From positions 3,426-67,425 of IMG/VR virus record IMGVR_UViG_2938905056_000003: DNA of 64,000 nt. One strand, given 5' to 3'. Each line of letters opens with the position of its first letter. Position 1 is the stretch's first letter. The stretch comes from a virus. Taxonomy: Duplodnaviria > Caudoviricetes. The position numbers and the translations under genes were made by a program. Positions 19,268 through 27,881 of this stretch are shown here, piece by piece. Under the pieces are notes generated by a model, which searched no databases, was not told where the DNA came from, and worked only from the letters and a program-made list of their open reading frames with translations.

Positions 19268-21058
19268 CTAACCGTTTAATAGATCGTTAATCGAGATAAA
19301 TCCGACGCTTCCGCCTCCAACCGGCTTCGTCATGTCGAGATATACCTGCGAATGGGCGTTCAGGAACGCAGCAAAGCCGTCTATTTTTCGGTAGCGCGTC
19401 TGTTTGGTCGGCAGCCAGTTTCCGTTGCGATCTTCGACCAGCTTGACGTTGTTTAAGTACCACGTAAAGAGTTTGTTCTCGTTATATACGACTCTTCCGT
19501 CGAGCAGTAATTCTTTAACGTTCTTCAACGGATCGCTTAGCGTAATGTAACCCTGCCGCACGACCTCCGTTTGGAATCCGTAGTTCTGCAGGTCTTGCAC
19601 CAACCGCATCGCATTCGCAGGGTCAAACGTGATCTTTTCGATCTGATATTTGCGCGACATTTCAACGAACCAATCGTAAACGTACTCGTATTCCACGTAT
19701 TCGCCCGGAATAATCGTCAAATAACCGTCGGCTTCAAACCCACGGTAGTCGATTTTTTCGTTATCTTTTTGTACTTTTGCCGCCGGAACCCACGAATGAG
19801 ACAAAACAAAAACGCGATTATCCGGCAAAATAAATTCCAGACACGCGCTCGTAAAGTCTTCCGTTTGCGATAAGTCGAAGCCGCCGATACATCTCATGCC
19901 GCGCAACGACTCCGGATCTACATGTCCGTTATTGCGCTTAATGACTTCGAAGTCGATAAAGCTTTCCTCGCCGTTGTCAACGAAGATATTGAACCGCTTG
20001 ACCAGCCAATCGTTGTATTCGCGTGGTACGTGGCGATCCGCGTTAAAGTCCTGGATCATTGACGGAATATCCATCGTTACGCCGATGTTTGGGTTCGCTT
20101 TTATCCACATTTCCGGGTTTTCGACCTCGGATATGTCGTCTAATTCCGCCATAAAGTAGAAATTTCGCTCCTGAACGTTACTTCCGTCAAGAACATCGGA
20201 AGCAATTTCGTAATACTCGACCAATGGTCCGTCGAGCTGATAGCCGGCCGTCGTAATATAAATGATTAACGGCTGAGTCCGTGCAGCCCGCGAGTTCTTG
20301 ATTACGCTGATAAGCTTCGAATCTTTGAACTCGTGGATCTCATCGAATATGCCGAGGTGCGTATTCAAGCCGTCCAACTTTTCGCTATCTGACGCCCGAG
20401 CTTCGATTTGACTCATTGACGCGTCGTGATAAATGCCTTTCTGATTTTCGCGAATATGCTTACGAAGCTTCGGCGATTTTCTAATCATGGCGCGACTCTC
20501 TTCGAAAAGCACGCCCGCCTGCTGCTTCGAGTTGGCTAAAACGTAGGCTCTGGCGCCCGGTTCGCCGTCTTTTGTTATCGCAAAGTTGGCTAAACCGCTG
20601 ATTTTCGTTGTTTTTCCGTTCTTACGGCCGACAAATATAAGGCCTTCGCGGAAACGTCGCAGTCCAGTATCGCGATGAACCCACCCGTACAGCGATCCGA
20701 TAACGAAGTGCTGCCACGGCTGCAGCGTTAAGTTTGAATACCGACCTTGCGACGGCTTGCAGTACCGCTCGATAAATTGTATCGGTCGATGTCCTTTTTC
20801 TTCGTCAAAGACGTAAGGGAATTCGTCTGTGCCGGCGCGTTCAAGATCGCGAAGGTGACGTTTGCAAGCGAGAATATTTTTCTTGCTCGCGACTATTTCA
20901 CCCGACGCTACCTTTTCCGCATACCAAGTCGTTAGCAACTTTTCGGAGGGTTTTTCGCGTATAAATCCGGCTATTTTTTGCGTTTTTAGCCAGTTTTCGT
21001 ACCATTTTTCGACCTCTGTAGCGTTAGAATTTACTGAAATCGTCGTCATCGTCATCAC
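19268..21058 (-). CDS. terL: Terminase large subunit
   Basis: Walker A GRKNGKT, Walker B IFDEIHE, ITTAG, GFDLS, KIDG. Confidence 0.95.
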   Translation of the reverse strand: MMTMTTISVNSNATEVEKWYENWLKTQKIAGFIREKPSEKLLTTWYAEKVASGEIVASKKNILACKRHLRDLERAGTDEFPYVFDEEKGHRPIQFIERYCKPSQGRYSNLTLQPWQHFVIGSLYGWVHRDTGLRRFREGLIFVGRKNGKTTKISGLANFAITKDGEPGARAYVLANSKQQAGVLFEESRAMIRKSPKLRKHIRENQKGIYHDASMSQIEARASDSEKLDGLNTHLGIFDEIHEFKDSKLISVIKNSRAARTQPLIIYITTAGYQLDGPLVEYYEIASDVLDGSNVQERNFYFMAELDDISEVENPEMWIKANPNIGVTMDIPSMIQDFNADRHVPREYNDWLVKRFNIFVDNGEESFIDFEVIKRNNGHVDPESLRGMRCIGGFDLSQTEDFTSACLEFILPDNRVFVLSHSWVPAAKVQKDNEKIDYRGFEADGYLTIIPGEYVEYEYVYDWFVEMSRKYQIEKITFDPANAMRLVQDLQNYGFQTEVVRQGYITLSDPLKNVKELLLDGRVVYNENKLFTWYLNNVKLVEDRNGNWLPTKQTRYRKIDGFAAFLNAHSQVYLDMTKPVGGGSVGFISINDLLNG

Positions 21059-21347
21059 CGCCCGCGTTTAATTCTTTGCGCTGTGCCGGCGTAAGATCGA
21101 GCGATTTCAGAAGGTTATTTAACGTCGTAACCGTCTTCGTAAGCTCAATCGCTAACGGATTTTTGACGAGGTTTTCCGCGCCTGCTTTGTTCGTATGCCG
21201 CATCATTAAAGGGTTTTCCGCCACTTCCTTTTTTAATCGGCGGTAGAACTTATGCGTATCGATGTATAGTTCGATAAGCTCTTCGTCCGATTCCGTATAC
21301 CTGTCGCCAAGATATTCGCGCAGTCTTTTCGCAGTGGGTACCGCCAT
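21024..21347 (-). CDS. terS: Terminase small subunit (P27-like)
   Basis: HTNKAGAENLVKNP..LDLTPAQR, upstream of terL. Confidence 0.85.
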   Translation of the reverse strand: MAVPTAKRLREYLGDRYTESDEELIELYIDTHKFYRRLKKEVAENPLMMRHTNKAGAENLVKNPLAIELTKTVTTLNNLLKSLDLTPAQRKELNAGGDDDDDDFSKF

Positions 21348-21384
21348 ATGATCGCTCCTTTCATCCAGGGTTTTACCCCCTTTA

Positions 21385-21468
21385 ATGTAAAATTTCCGGT
21401 CGCGCTACAAGCGAAGGGGCCCCGCCGGTCCCTACGTTTTTGCCTTCGAAATCCCAAGGTACGGGGGG
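21385..21468. other. Candidate cos packaging site
   Basis: GC-rich non-coding stretch (CCCCCCGTACC...GACCGGCGGGGCCCC) between HNH and terS, the usual cos position in HNH-terS-terL phages; overhang not determinable. Confidence 0.4.
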
Positions 21469-21804
21469 CTATAGCTCCGGATTAGCCTGCGCCTTCACCA
21501 CGTTTATTCTGCGCTTCTTAGCCGTTTTCGCAGCCGGTCCAGCGCCTTTTTCCGGGTGCCTTCGGTTGTGGCACGGATTGCATAAACTTACGAGATTTTC
21601 GAGCGTTAACGCTAATTCCGGATGATCGCGCAGCTCTTTAATATGATGAACCGTCTGAGCCTTCGTTATCTTACGTTCTTTGAGACAGTCTTGGCATAAG
21701 CCGTGGTCGCGCTTCAAGGCCAACGCTCTACATTCCGTCCATGCCTTCGACTTATAGAACGCTCGTGCTTCGGGATCACGCTTGTGTTTGTCGTAGTAGT
21801 TCAA
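21469..21804 (-). CDS. Terminase-associated HNH endonuclease (HK97 gp74-like)
   Basis: FYKSKAW..RDHGLCQDC..VHHI..NLVSLCNPCHNRRH. Confidence 0.9.
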   Translation of the reverse strand: MNYYDKHKRDPEARAFYKSKAWTECRALALKRDHGLCQDCLKERKITKAQTVHHIKELRDHPELALTLENLVSLCNPCHNRRHPEKGAGPAAKTAKKRRINVVKAQANPEL

Positions 21805-21837
21805 GGCATCGCCTCCTTTCGCATACTAAAGCGTCAA

Positions 21838-22074
21838 TCACTCTACAGTGACTTAGGCCTTCGTTTGTTCTTATTATTCTTTTAAGTACAATCGCGATAA
21901 GGTACTTAATAGACTACTAATATCTGCGTATCGTATGAGCGTAAGCGAATAGAGGCGCTATTATTTGTTTGTTATTATTAGTTCGTTATTATTACGTTTG
22001 TTATTATTACCGTCACTCTACGGTGATTTAGGTAAATCACTCTACAGTGATTAACGTAAGTCACTCTACGGTGA
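21838..22074. repeat. Iteron array A plus conserved element
   Basis: TCACTCTACRGTGA at 21838, 22013, 22037, 22061 (24-bp period); GTTATTATTA x3; ATCGCGATAA..ATATCTGCG..GAGCGTAAGCGAATAG..GGCGCTATTATTT at 21891-21966. Confidence 0.9.
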
Positions 22075-22512
22075 TTGACCGTATATAACGTCCAGCCTCC
22101 GCCTTACCTCCGCATCACTCAGCCCGCTGTAATATTGCGGATAATATAACTTCTCGCGCTTATTCGACGCATAGTCATACGCTGTCTTTAGTAGCCCTAC
22201 CGCCTCCAACACGTTAGCCAACCGCGCTATCCTATTGCGCCCTATCCCCGTATCCTCAGCGATCTTATCCACCGAAGGGAACGCGCTCATATACCGGTCG
22301 TTATCAACCTGCCCGTTCACATGCGCAAGTAAGTACGTATACAGTTGCGCTATGGCTCCGTTACCTTTCTCGTATTCTCTCGCTATTGGTACTAACCGCC
22401 GCCATAAGTCGTGTGGTATCGGTGCATTACCGGTTAGTCCGTTTTCTTTCTGCATCGCGTAAGCTTTCCGTTGTAGCGCCTCCCGCGCCAAATGTTCGAA
22501 TTGGCCTCGCAT
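22066..22512 (-). CDS. Rep-like winged HTH protein
   Basis: LYTYLL..AFPSVDKIAEDTGIGRNRIARLANVLEAVGLL (HTH_36-like pattern). Confidence 0.75.
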   Translation of the reverse strand: MRGQFEHLAREALQRKAYAMQKENGLTGNAPIPHDLWRRLVPIAREYEKGNGAIAQLYTYLLAHVNGQVDNDRYMSAFPSVDKIAEDTGIGRNRIARLANVLEAVGLLKTAYDYASNKREKLYYPQYYSGLSDAEVRRRLDVIYGQSP

Positions 22513-22549
22513 TGACTATCGACTTCCTTTCGTTAACTAATCGCGCTAC

Positions 22550-22738
22550 TTACTGCGCCTTCGCATTCGCCTTTCTGGCGTCGTATTCGTCAAGCAAAGC
22601 GCCAAAGTCGGCGTCTCTTTCGAAGACCCACATCCGGTTATTAGTTCGCGGATGCAACTTCGTAAATTTATAGCGGCGTCCGTTCGCCTTTAAGAAGTGC
22701 ATTAGCGTAGTTGAGTAGCAGTAAAATAATCCGTTCAC
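22550..22738 (-). CDS. Small DUF5659-like protein
   Basis: FYCYS..LMHFL..G.RY...HPRT...WVFER..LLDEY; paralog at 32001..32180. Confidence 0.7.
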   Translation of the reverse strand: MNGLFYCYSTTLMHFLKANGRRYKFTKLHPRTNNRMWVFERDADFGALLDEYDARKANAKAQ

Positions 22739-22758
22739 TTAACATACCTCCCGTTTAA

Positions 22759-23004
22759 TTAAAAGTCGCGATTACGCATCGCATATAAACCGGCTATAAT
22801 ACATCGCCGTTCGCTTCCTATCCGAAAGCCGTCGTACCAATAATCCATTTGCCGTATGACTCGCCGCATCTCTACATTGTTAGCCTTACGTAAATGTTCC
22901 GGTGCATAACCATTGTCGCGTAGCCATATTCGGAACGTATCGTATTGCGTTTTGTTTAAGGACGGCCGACTCACTCTGCGCCCTCCTTCTTCGAAGGCCA
23001 CCAT
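22759..23004 (-). CDS. Hypothetical phage protein
   Basis: ORF in operon; true start probably the GTG near 22974 behind GAAGGAGG. Confidence 0.55.
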   Translation of the reverse strand: MVAFEEGGRRVSRPSLNKTQYDTFRIWLRDNGYAPEHLRKANNVEMRRVIRQMDYWYDGFRIGSERRCIIAGLYAMRNRDF

Positions 23005-23156
23005 CCACGAACCAAGTACCCCATGACAAGCCCGCCACTAGATACGTACCCTAATCTCAAATAGGGATCGTCGAAGATGTATTCCATTATTACTCCAAGA
23101 CAACCAAAAACCAGGTTCACAAGCAAGAGAATCATTATCCTAAATAGAGTCTTCAT
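22971..23156 (-). CDS. Small two-TM membrane protein
   Basis: Two hydrophobic segments; overlapping start/stop with neighbours. Confidence 0.6.
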   Translation of the reverse strand: MKTLFRIMILLLVNLVFGCLGVIMEYIFDDPYLRLGYVSSGGLVMGYLVRGWWPSKKEGAE

Positions 23157-23374
23157 TCTGCGCCCAACTCCTTCCGAATCAATCGCTCAGCTTCTTCGAA
23201 AGAAAGGTCGGCGTCATTCGGAAACTCAAACACGGCTTGTGCGCGATTACCGGATTCAAATTCGATAGTGGCTTCGACTTTTGTTCCTATACGGTGCCGA
23301 TGAGGCAATCCGCCATTATCATTAAAGAATATCAAGTCTCGCATACGCTCCATCTGATTAACGTTTATGTTCAT
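23153..23374 (-). CDS. Hypothetical phage protein
   Basis: Coupled ATGA overlaps, RBS. Confidence 0.6.
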   Translation of the reverse strand: MNINVNQMERMRDLIFFNDNGGLPHRHRIGTKVEATIEFESGNRAQAVFEFPNDADLSFEEAERLIRKELGAE

Positions 23375-23835
23375 CGGTGCGTCCCCTTTCCGGAAGCTTT
23401 ACCGATTTCCTTGCCGTCCAGATAAACCGTAGGCTCTTCGTCTAGCCTATCGAATAAAGCTCGCAATGACTGCGCAACCTCGGCGCCATTCTTTAGCGTT
23501 ACCTCGCCTGTCGCCTCCATATAATCACGCAATTCAGCCAACGCCTTCGTCGCCGCCTTTGCTTCGCGCTGAAGCGCTTTGAGGCCGGTTATGGCTTCGG
23601 ATACCTCTACATTTACTTTTACGTTAATGCCGCCTGTATCGACCGTCTCTTTCCGAAGCGCTTTCTCGGCTTCATCAAACGAAAATTCATCGGTAGCCCA
23701 GACGCTATCCTTTTCGTCAGGAAGTTTCGCAAAATGCTTATCGGTTAGTTTGATACGCGTTTTGGGCTTTCGTACATCCTCTGCGTTGCCCTTTTCGTCT
23801 ACAATAAAATCCGTTGATACGCGTTTGTCCGCCAT
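23371..23835 (-). CDS. Hypothetical phage protein
   Basis: RBS AAAGGAGA; helical VSEAITGLKALQREAKAATKAL segment. Confidence 0.65.
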   Translation of the reverse strand: MADKRVSTDFIVDEKGNAEDVRKPKTRIKLTDKHFAKLPDEKDSVWATDEFSFDEAEKALRKETVDTGGINVKVNVEVSEAITGLKALQREAKAATKALAELRDYMEATGEVTLKNGAEVAQSLRALFDRLDEEPTVYLDGKEIGKASGKGTHR

Positions 23836-23883
23836 TCACATCGTCTCCTTTTCGTTTCTTATTCGCTCGCATAACGCAAGCAC

Positions 23884-24110
23884 AAAAAGACCTCCGCCGT
23901 GATGGCGGAAGCCTCGTTCTGATTGCGTTTATACACCGAGTTCTGGACGCATCCTTTGCTCGCTCGTTGCCTGCCGGCCAATGCCGGATGTATAATTGGC
24001 GCAAGTAATATCGGAAGGTAAGACCGAAAATAACCCTTCCGCGCGGATATGGGAGCGTTGATCAGGCGCTCAAAGACCATTCCGCTTATTTCGCGAGTTA
24101 ACCCGCCCGG
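23884..24110 (-). ncRNA. Candidate structured ncRNA ending in terminator
   Basis: Three successive hairpins then GGCTTCCGCC-atcac-GGCGGAGGTC-TTTTTT; no credible ORF. Confidence 0.45.
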
Positions 24111-24189
24111 AAAAATCACACGAAATTAGCGTTTCTAACGTTTACCCTACCGAATACCCTCCGGCTGGATTAAAACGGCTGTGGCGCGC

Positions 24190-24351
24190 TTATTTCGCTT
24201 TATATTCGTCAATGACTACGCAGAGGTACGCGTCGACGCCGTTCCAAGAATCTTCGTTGATACGTTCGTTGTATTCGGCTAACGCTTCTTCATACGTATC
24301 AAACACGCTTTGACCTGCGTCGCAATAGTCGCTAAATACGGCGTACTTCAT
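24190..24351 (-). CDS. Small acidic hypothetical protein
   Basis: MKYAVFSDYC.. start behind GGAGGTG. Confidence 0.6.
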   Translation of the reverse strand: MKYAVFSDYCDAGQSVFDTYEEALAEYNERINEDSWNGVDAYLCVVIDEYKAK

Positions 24352-24478
24352 TCGCGAACACCTCCGTTTGATATACCGCCGCAATATGTATTAAAAGGAC
24401 GCCAAGTTGCGGCTAGTGCCCGTTGTTATTCCGTAGGGGTGGCGTCCTTTACCGTACATACTGCGTGTTGTACGGTCG

Positions 24479-25030
24479 TTATAAATGCCTTCGATTGGTT
24501 AACGTTAGCTTTCTTCGCCTCATTTTAGCTAGCTCTGCTTTTAATTCATCAATTTGACGTATAGTAAATAAAACTCTTCCTAATTCCTCGATTGGGTTGT
24601 ACTCTTCTTCATCGAAATAATCGTAGTATGGGGAATTTAACTCATCCCTCAACTCTTTGATCATCGCAGCCATCTCTTCTATTTCCGCTTCTAATACAGA
24701 TAGTTCGAACTCTATTTCGTCGTGCCGATGATACACCTTCGCTTTATTATACTTAGGATTAAAATGACGTATAGCATGGGTTTCGTATATATCCCGTTCA
24801 AATTCATCCTTTATCTCGTATAATCTTGCATAAGTCGACTCTTTGAAAAATCTATTATCGTAACAATGGCTATTAAACCTTTTTCTAAAATTGTTGGTTT
24901 TTCCTACGTAAAGCGCTTCATCATTATCATTGAAGAATACATAAACACCTCCATAAGAATATTTGTGACCGCTCCTTATTTTTATAGGGTTATCCTGTAT
25001 GTAATCACTCGGCAATGATATGTTTATCAT
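24479..25030 (-). CDS. GIY-YIG nuclease domain with coiled coil
   Basis: GGVYVFF..LYVGKTNNFRKRFNSH..E..AI..FNPKYN. Confidence 0.8.
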   Translation of the reverse strand: MINISLPSDYIQDNPIKIRSGHKYSYGGVYVFFNDNDEALYVGKTNNFRKRFNSHCYDNRFFKESTYARLYEIKDEFERDIYETHAIRHFNPKYNKAKVYHRHDEIEFELSVLEAEIEEMAAMIKELRDELNSPYYDYFDEEEYNPIEELGRVLFTIRQIDELKAELAKMRRRKLTLTNRRHL

Positions 25031-25135
25031 GTGTTTCCCCCTTCCATAACGCTAGAAATTTTTCTCATAACGTATAGACAACTAAAGGGCGAAAACATGT
25101 ATAGTTTTCAAAATAAAATCCAAATTATTTTCATC

Positions 25136-25592
25136 CAGTAAAAATCACTGTAGAAAATAAAAAAAAGAACCTGACTTCGCGCCAAATTCTCCGCATTTCC
25201 TCTTATTTCGCGATAAAAAGAAATAGACCCACCCCTTGAGCTCGGCAAAGTTAAAGGGTGAAGTCTATCCTAAATACTTTCATGAAGTTGTTAAGCCGGA
25301 ACTCCAATGAGGAGCTTAGCTTTTTTTACAGACTGGAGCGTGCAAACCCTCCAGTATATTAAAATTATACACTCAGAATATCTGGTTTACAATCTCTTTG
25401 TATTATTAAATACTAATCGCGATAAAGGTACTAAATAATTAATATCTGCGTCCGCTAATGAGCGTAAGCGAATAGTGGCGCTATTATTTAAGTAAGTCTT
25501 TATAAGTAAGTATATATAGTAAGTCTTTATACGCAGTGAAAATCACTGGAACGTCCAGTAAAAATCGCTGTATGCTCCAGTAAAAATCACCG
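25136..25592. repeat. Iteron array B plus conserved element
   Basis: CAGTRAAAATCRCYG at 25136, 25534, 25556, 25578 (22-bp period); conserved element at 25416-25489 near-identical to copy A. Confidence 0.9.
25214..25358 (-). ncRNA. Type I antitoxin-like sRNA (SR5/as-bsrH-like), orphan
   Basis: Promoter TTGTAA-N17-TATAAT (25392-25364); stem-loops ACTGGAG/CTCCAGT and CTCC/GGAG; terminator ATAGAC..CACCC..GGGTG..GTCTAT-TTCTTTTT. Family assignment is from recollection of bsrE/bsrH 3' regions. Confidence 0.6.
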
Positions 25593-25602
25593 GACAAATC
25601 CG

Positions 25603-26640
25603 CTATGACCGCATCGACAGTATTTTCCCCGCCAGGAACAACCCTACGACAGCCTTCCGTTTTATCATCGCCAGGTAAATCCGCCGCGCCAAACTTTCCT
25701 CATGCTGCAACGCTAACTCCACCGCCTTCCCTACGTTCGGATGCTCGACTATACGTTCAATCAGCGCTAACTTTTCGCGCAGTGGTTTGTCGCAGCCCGG
25801 CTTGAATTCATTCTGTATACAACCGTTCACCGCGATATAACACTTCCGCCGCGCTAGATCAACCGCAACCTTTTCGTCGTACAAACCCCATCGTTTTGCA
25901 TAGCGTTCGAGTGTGTTTCCTTTTATGTAAGAATCGAATAGCTGCGGGTTATATTTGCGCATCAAACTCTCGTCGTTTATTTGCCGGTAATGATACAACG
26001 GTTTATCGATATAATAAGCCGTCTGACAATACGTAAACGCGTCCATATTAAACAGCCAATCTTCGCCGAGATACTTGCCGTCAGGGAACGTTAGGCCATA
26101 CGTATCTATTAAACTTTTGCGAATCACCTTCCATACGCCGCCGTACGATCCGTTATATAAAAAGTCCGTCAGTATTTCCGCCTTTATGGCGTCACGGTCT
26201 AGCGGCGTATTTGCTTTTGCGCGATAACTTTTCGTATAGCTTTTCGCGGTGTCTTCGTAATCCCAGCAGATATCCGTAAATACAATATCGGCATTGTTTG
26301 CGACGGCGGCTTCGTACATTGTTGCGTATGTTTCTCGTTCGATCCAATCGTCAGCGTCAATAAATGCGACGAATTCTCCGCGCGCCTGTTTAAGCGCATT
26401 ATTGCGTGCCGTGGCCGGTCCTTGATTCGCTTGGTAGATCGGCTTGACACGTTCATCGACAGCTTCGTAACACTTCAGAATATTGCGCGTTGAATCGGTC
26501 GATCCGTCGTCTACGATCAAAACTTCGATATTCTTAAGCGTCTGTCCGAGAACGCTGTCTAAGCATTCGCGCAGGTACTTTTCGCCGTTGTATACCGGTA
26601 TAATAACGCTCACTTTGACTTTCGGTTTCATTTCGTCCAC
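25603..26640 (-). CDS. GT2 glycosyltransferase (EpsH/EpsJ-like)
   Basis: VSVIIPVYN, VDDGSTD, ARN..ARGEFVAFIDADD, GED..FN; own extended -10 promoter TTGAAT-N16-TATAAT at 26709-26682. Confidence 0.9.
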   Translation of the reverse strand: MDEMKPKVKVSVIIPVYNGEKYLRECLDSVLGQTLKNIEVLIVDDGSTDSTRNILKCYEAVDERVKPIYQANQGPATARNNALKQARGEFVAFIDADDWIERETYATMYEAAVANNADIVFTDICWDYEDTAKSYTKSYRAKANTPLDRDAIKAEILTDFLYNGSYGGVWKVIRKSLIDTYGLTFPDGKYLGEDWLFNMDAFTYCQTAYYIDKPLYHYRQINDESLMRKYNPQLFDSYIKGNTLERYAKRWGLYDEKVAVDLARRKCYIAVNGCIQNEFKPGCDKPLREKLALIERIVEHPNVGKAVELALQHEESLARRIYLAMIKRKAVVGLFLAGKILSMRS

Positions 26641-26728
26641 CCTTTCGGTTCGGGAATTCCCGTACTAACGTTAATAGGATAATTATACCAGATAAGGGCA
26701 GGAATTCAAGACGAAAAAAGACGCCGGT

Positions 26729-26953
26729 TTATTTAGCGTCTTCTTCCGTAGCTTCTTCAATTTCGAATAGCTCCTCGACCTCTACTTCGAGCGCCTTCGC
26801 AATTGAAAAAACGTGCCAATCTTCGTGGCGGCTGTTCTTATCGAATCGCGATATCGAACCTTGCGGCACGCCCGATGCTTCTGACAACCTTACCTGCGTC
26901 CATCCTTTCGCCTTCATAACGGCGTTTAGGCGCGGCGTAGCGTTTAATTTCAT
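26729..26953 (-). CDS. XRE/Cro-like HTH repressor
   Basis: MKLNATPRL..WTQVRLSEASGVPQGSISRF..IAKALEVEVEELF; ATG at 26953 behind GAGGTG. Confidence 0.85.
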   Translation of the reverse strand: MKLNATPRLNAVMKAKGWTQVRLSEASGVPQGSISRFDKNSRHEDWHVFSIAKALEVEVEELFEIEEATEEDAK

Positions 26954-26972
26954 TTCGATCACCTCTGCGACT

Positions 26973-27035
26973 ATTATACGATATCGAATAAACTTCCGCA
27001 AATCCGTTGACATACAATATCGTATATCGTATATT
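26973..27035. promoter_or_regulatory. Divergent SigA promoters with ATACGATATCGTAT-type operators
   Basis: Minus TTGCGG-N17-TATAAT; plus TTGACA(27007)-N17-TATATT; operator variants at 26976 and 27012. Confidence 0.75.
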
Positions 27036-27083
27036 TAGGTCAACGAAGGGCCCTCGTTAATAAAATCCGAGAGGAGTAACGAA

Positions 27084-27881
27084 ATGATTAACGTATTACA
27101 AAAACTGAATAAGGCGATTTCAGAACGAAACGGAGGCGCAGCCCCACCGACCAAAGCAAAGCTGCACCGTCCGAATCGAGCGAAGCACTTCCAGTATATC
27201 ACAGCGTTTATTCTATGCGCAATGTTATCCGTATTCACCACAGTCACCGCGCAAGCTACAGATGTTTACCGCAACTTTGCCGAACTCCAAGCTAACGAAC
27301 CCGAGACGAACTACAATATATTCGCGACTGACCACGCCACGCCAGTTTTGATACTTGCGCCACACGGCGGGAGTATTGAAGGCGGCACCAGCGAACTTGC
27401 TCGCGAACTCAGCAACGACTATTCAACGTATCTTTTCGAATCGCTTAAGACGCCGAATGGCTTCGACCTCCACATCACGAGCACTCACTTCGACGAACCG
27501 ACCGCGCTTGACTTAGTTGCACGCCACCAACGCGTTATATCGCTTCACGGTTATAGCGACAGCGCCGAGCACATTATCGTAGGCGGTACCGATCCTATAC
27601 GCGGCCAGGCGTTAGTAGACCGCTTGAATGCCGCTGGCTTTAGCGCCGAACTCGTAGGCGAAGGACATCGCTTTGCGGGCGCCAGTGCTGCGAACATAGC
27701 GAATAAGTGCGTAACCGGCGAAAGTCTACAGCTCGAGATCAGTACCGGATTGCGTAAGAGCATGTTCGGAACGTTCTCGCTTACTGGACGCGCTGGAACC
27801 GAAACCGAGACGTTCTATAAATTTGCCGGGTTGCTGTCGTCCTTTATTAACGAAAATTATAACGTTGGAGGTAACGAATAA
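27084..27881 (+). CDS. Secreted poly-gamma-glutamate hydrolase (PghP/DUF867 family)
   Basis: DVYRNFAEL, APHGGSIEGGTSELA, LHITSTHFDEP, SLHG, QLEIS; signal-like segment ending AQA. Confidence 0.9.
   Translation: MINVLQKLNKAISERNGGAAPPTKAKLHRPNRAKHFQYITAFILCAMLSVFTTVTAQATDVYRNFAELQANEPETNYNIFATDHATPVLILAPHGGSIEGGTSELARELSNDYSTYLFESLKTPNGFDLHITSTHFDEPTALDLVARHQRVISLHGYSDSAEHIIVGGTDPIRGQALVDRLNAAGFSAELVGEGHRFAGASAANIANKCVTGESLQLEISTGLRKSMFGTFSLTGRAGTETETFYKFAGLLSSFINENYNVGGNE

Noticed and set aside
24394-24450. AAAGGACGCCA/TGGCGTCCTTT inverted repeat as a mobile element
   Set aside because: Too short, no target duplication or second copy; probably a terminator-like hairpin.
21838-25592. Repeat arrays as possible CRISPR arrays
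   Set aside because: 14-15-bp repeats with 7-10-bp spacers and no cas operon; iteron/operator geometry instead.
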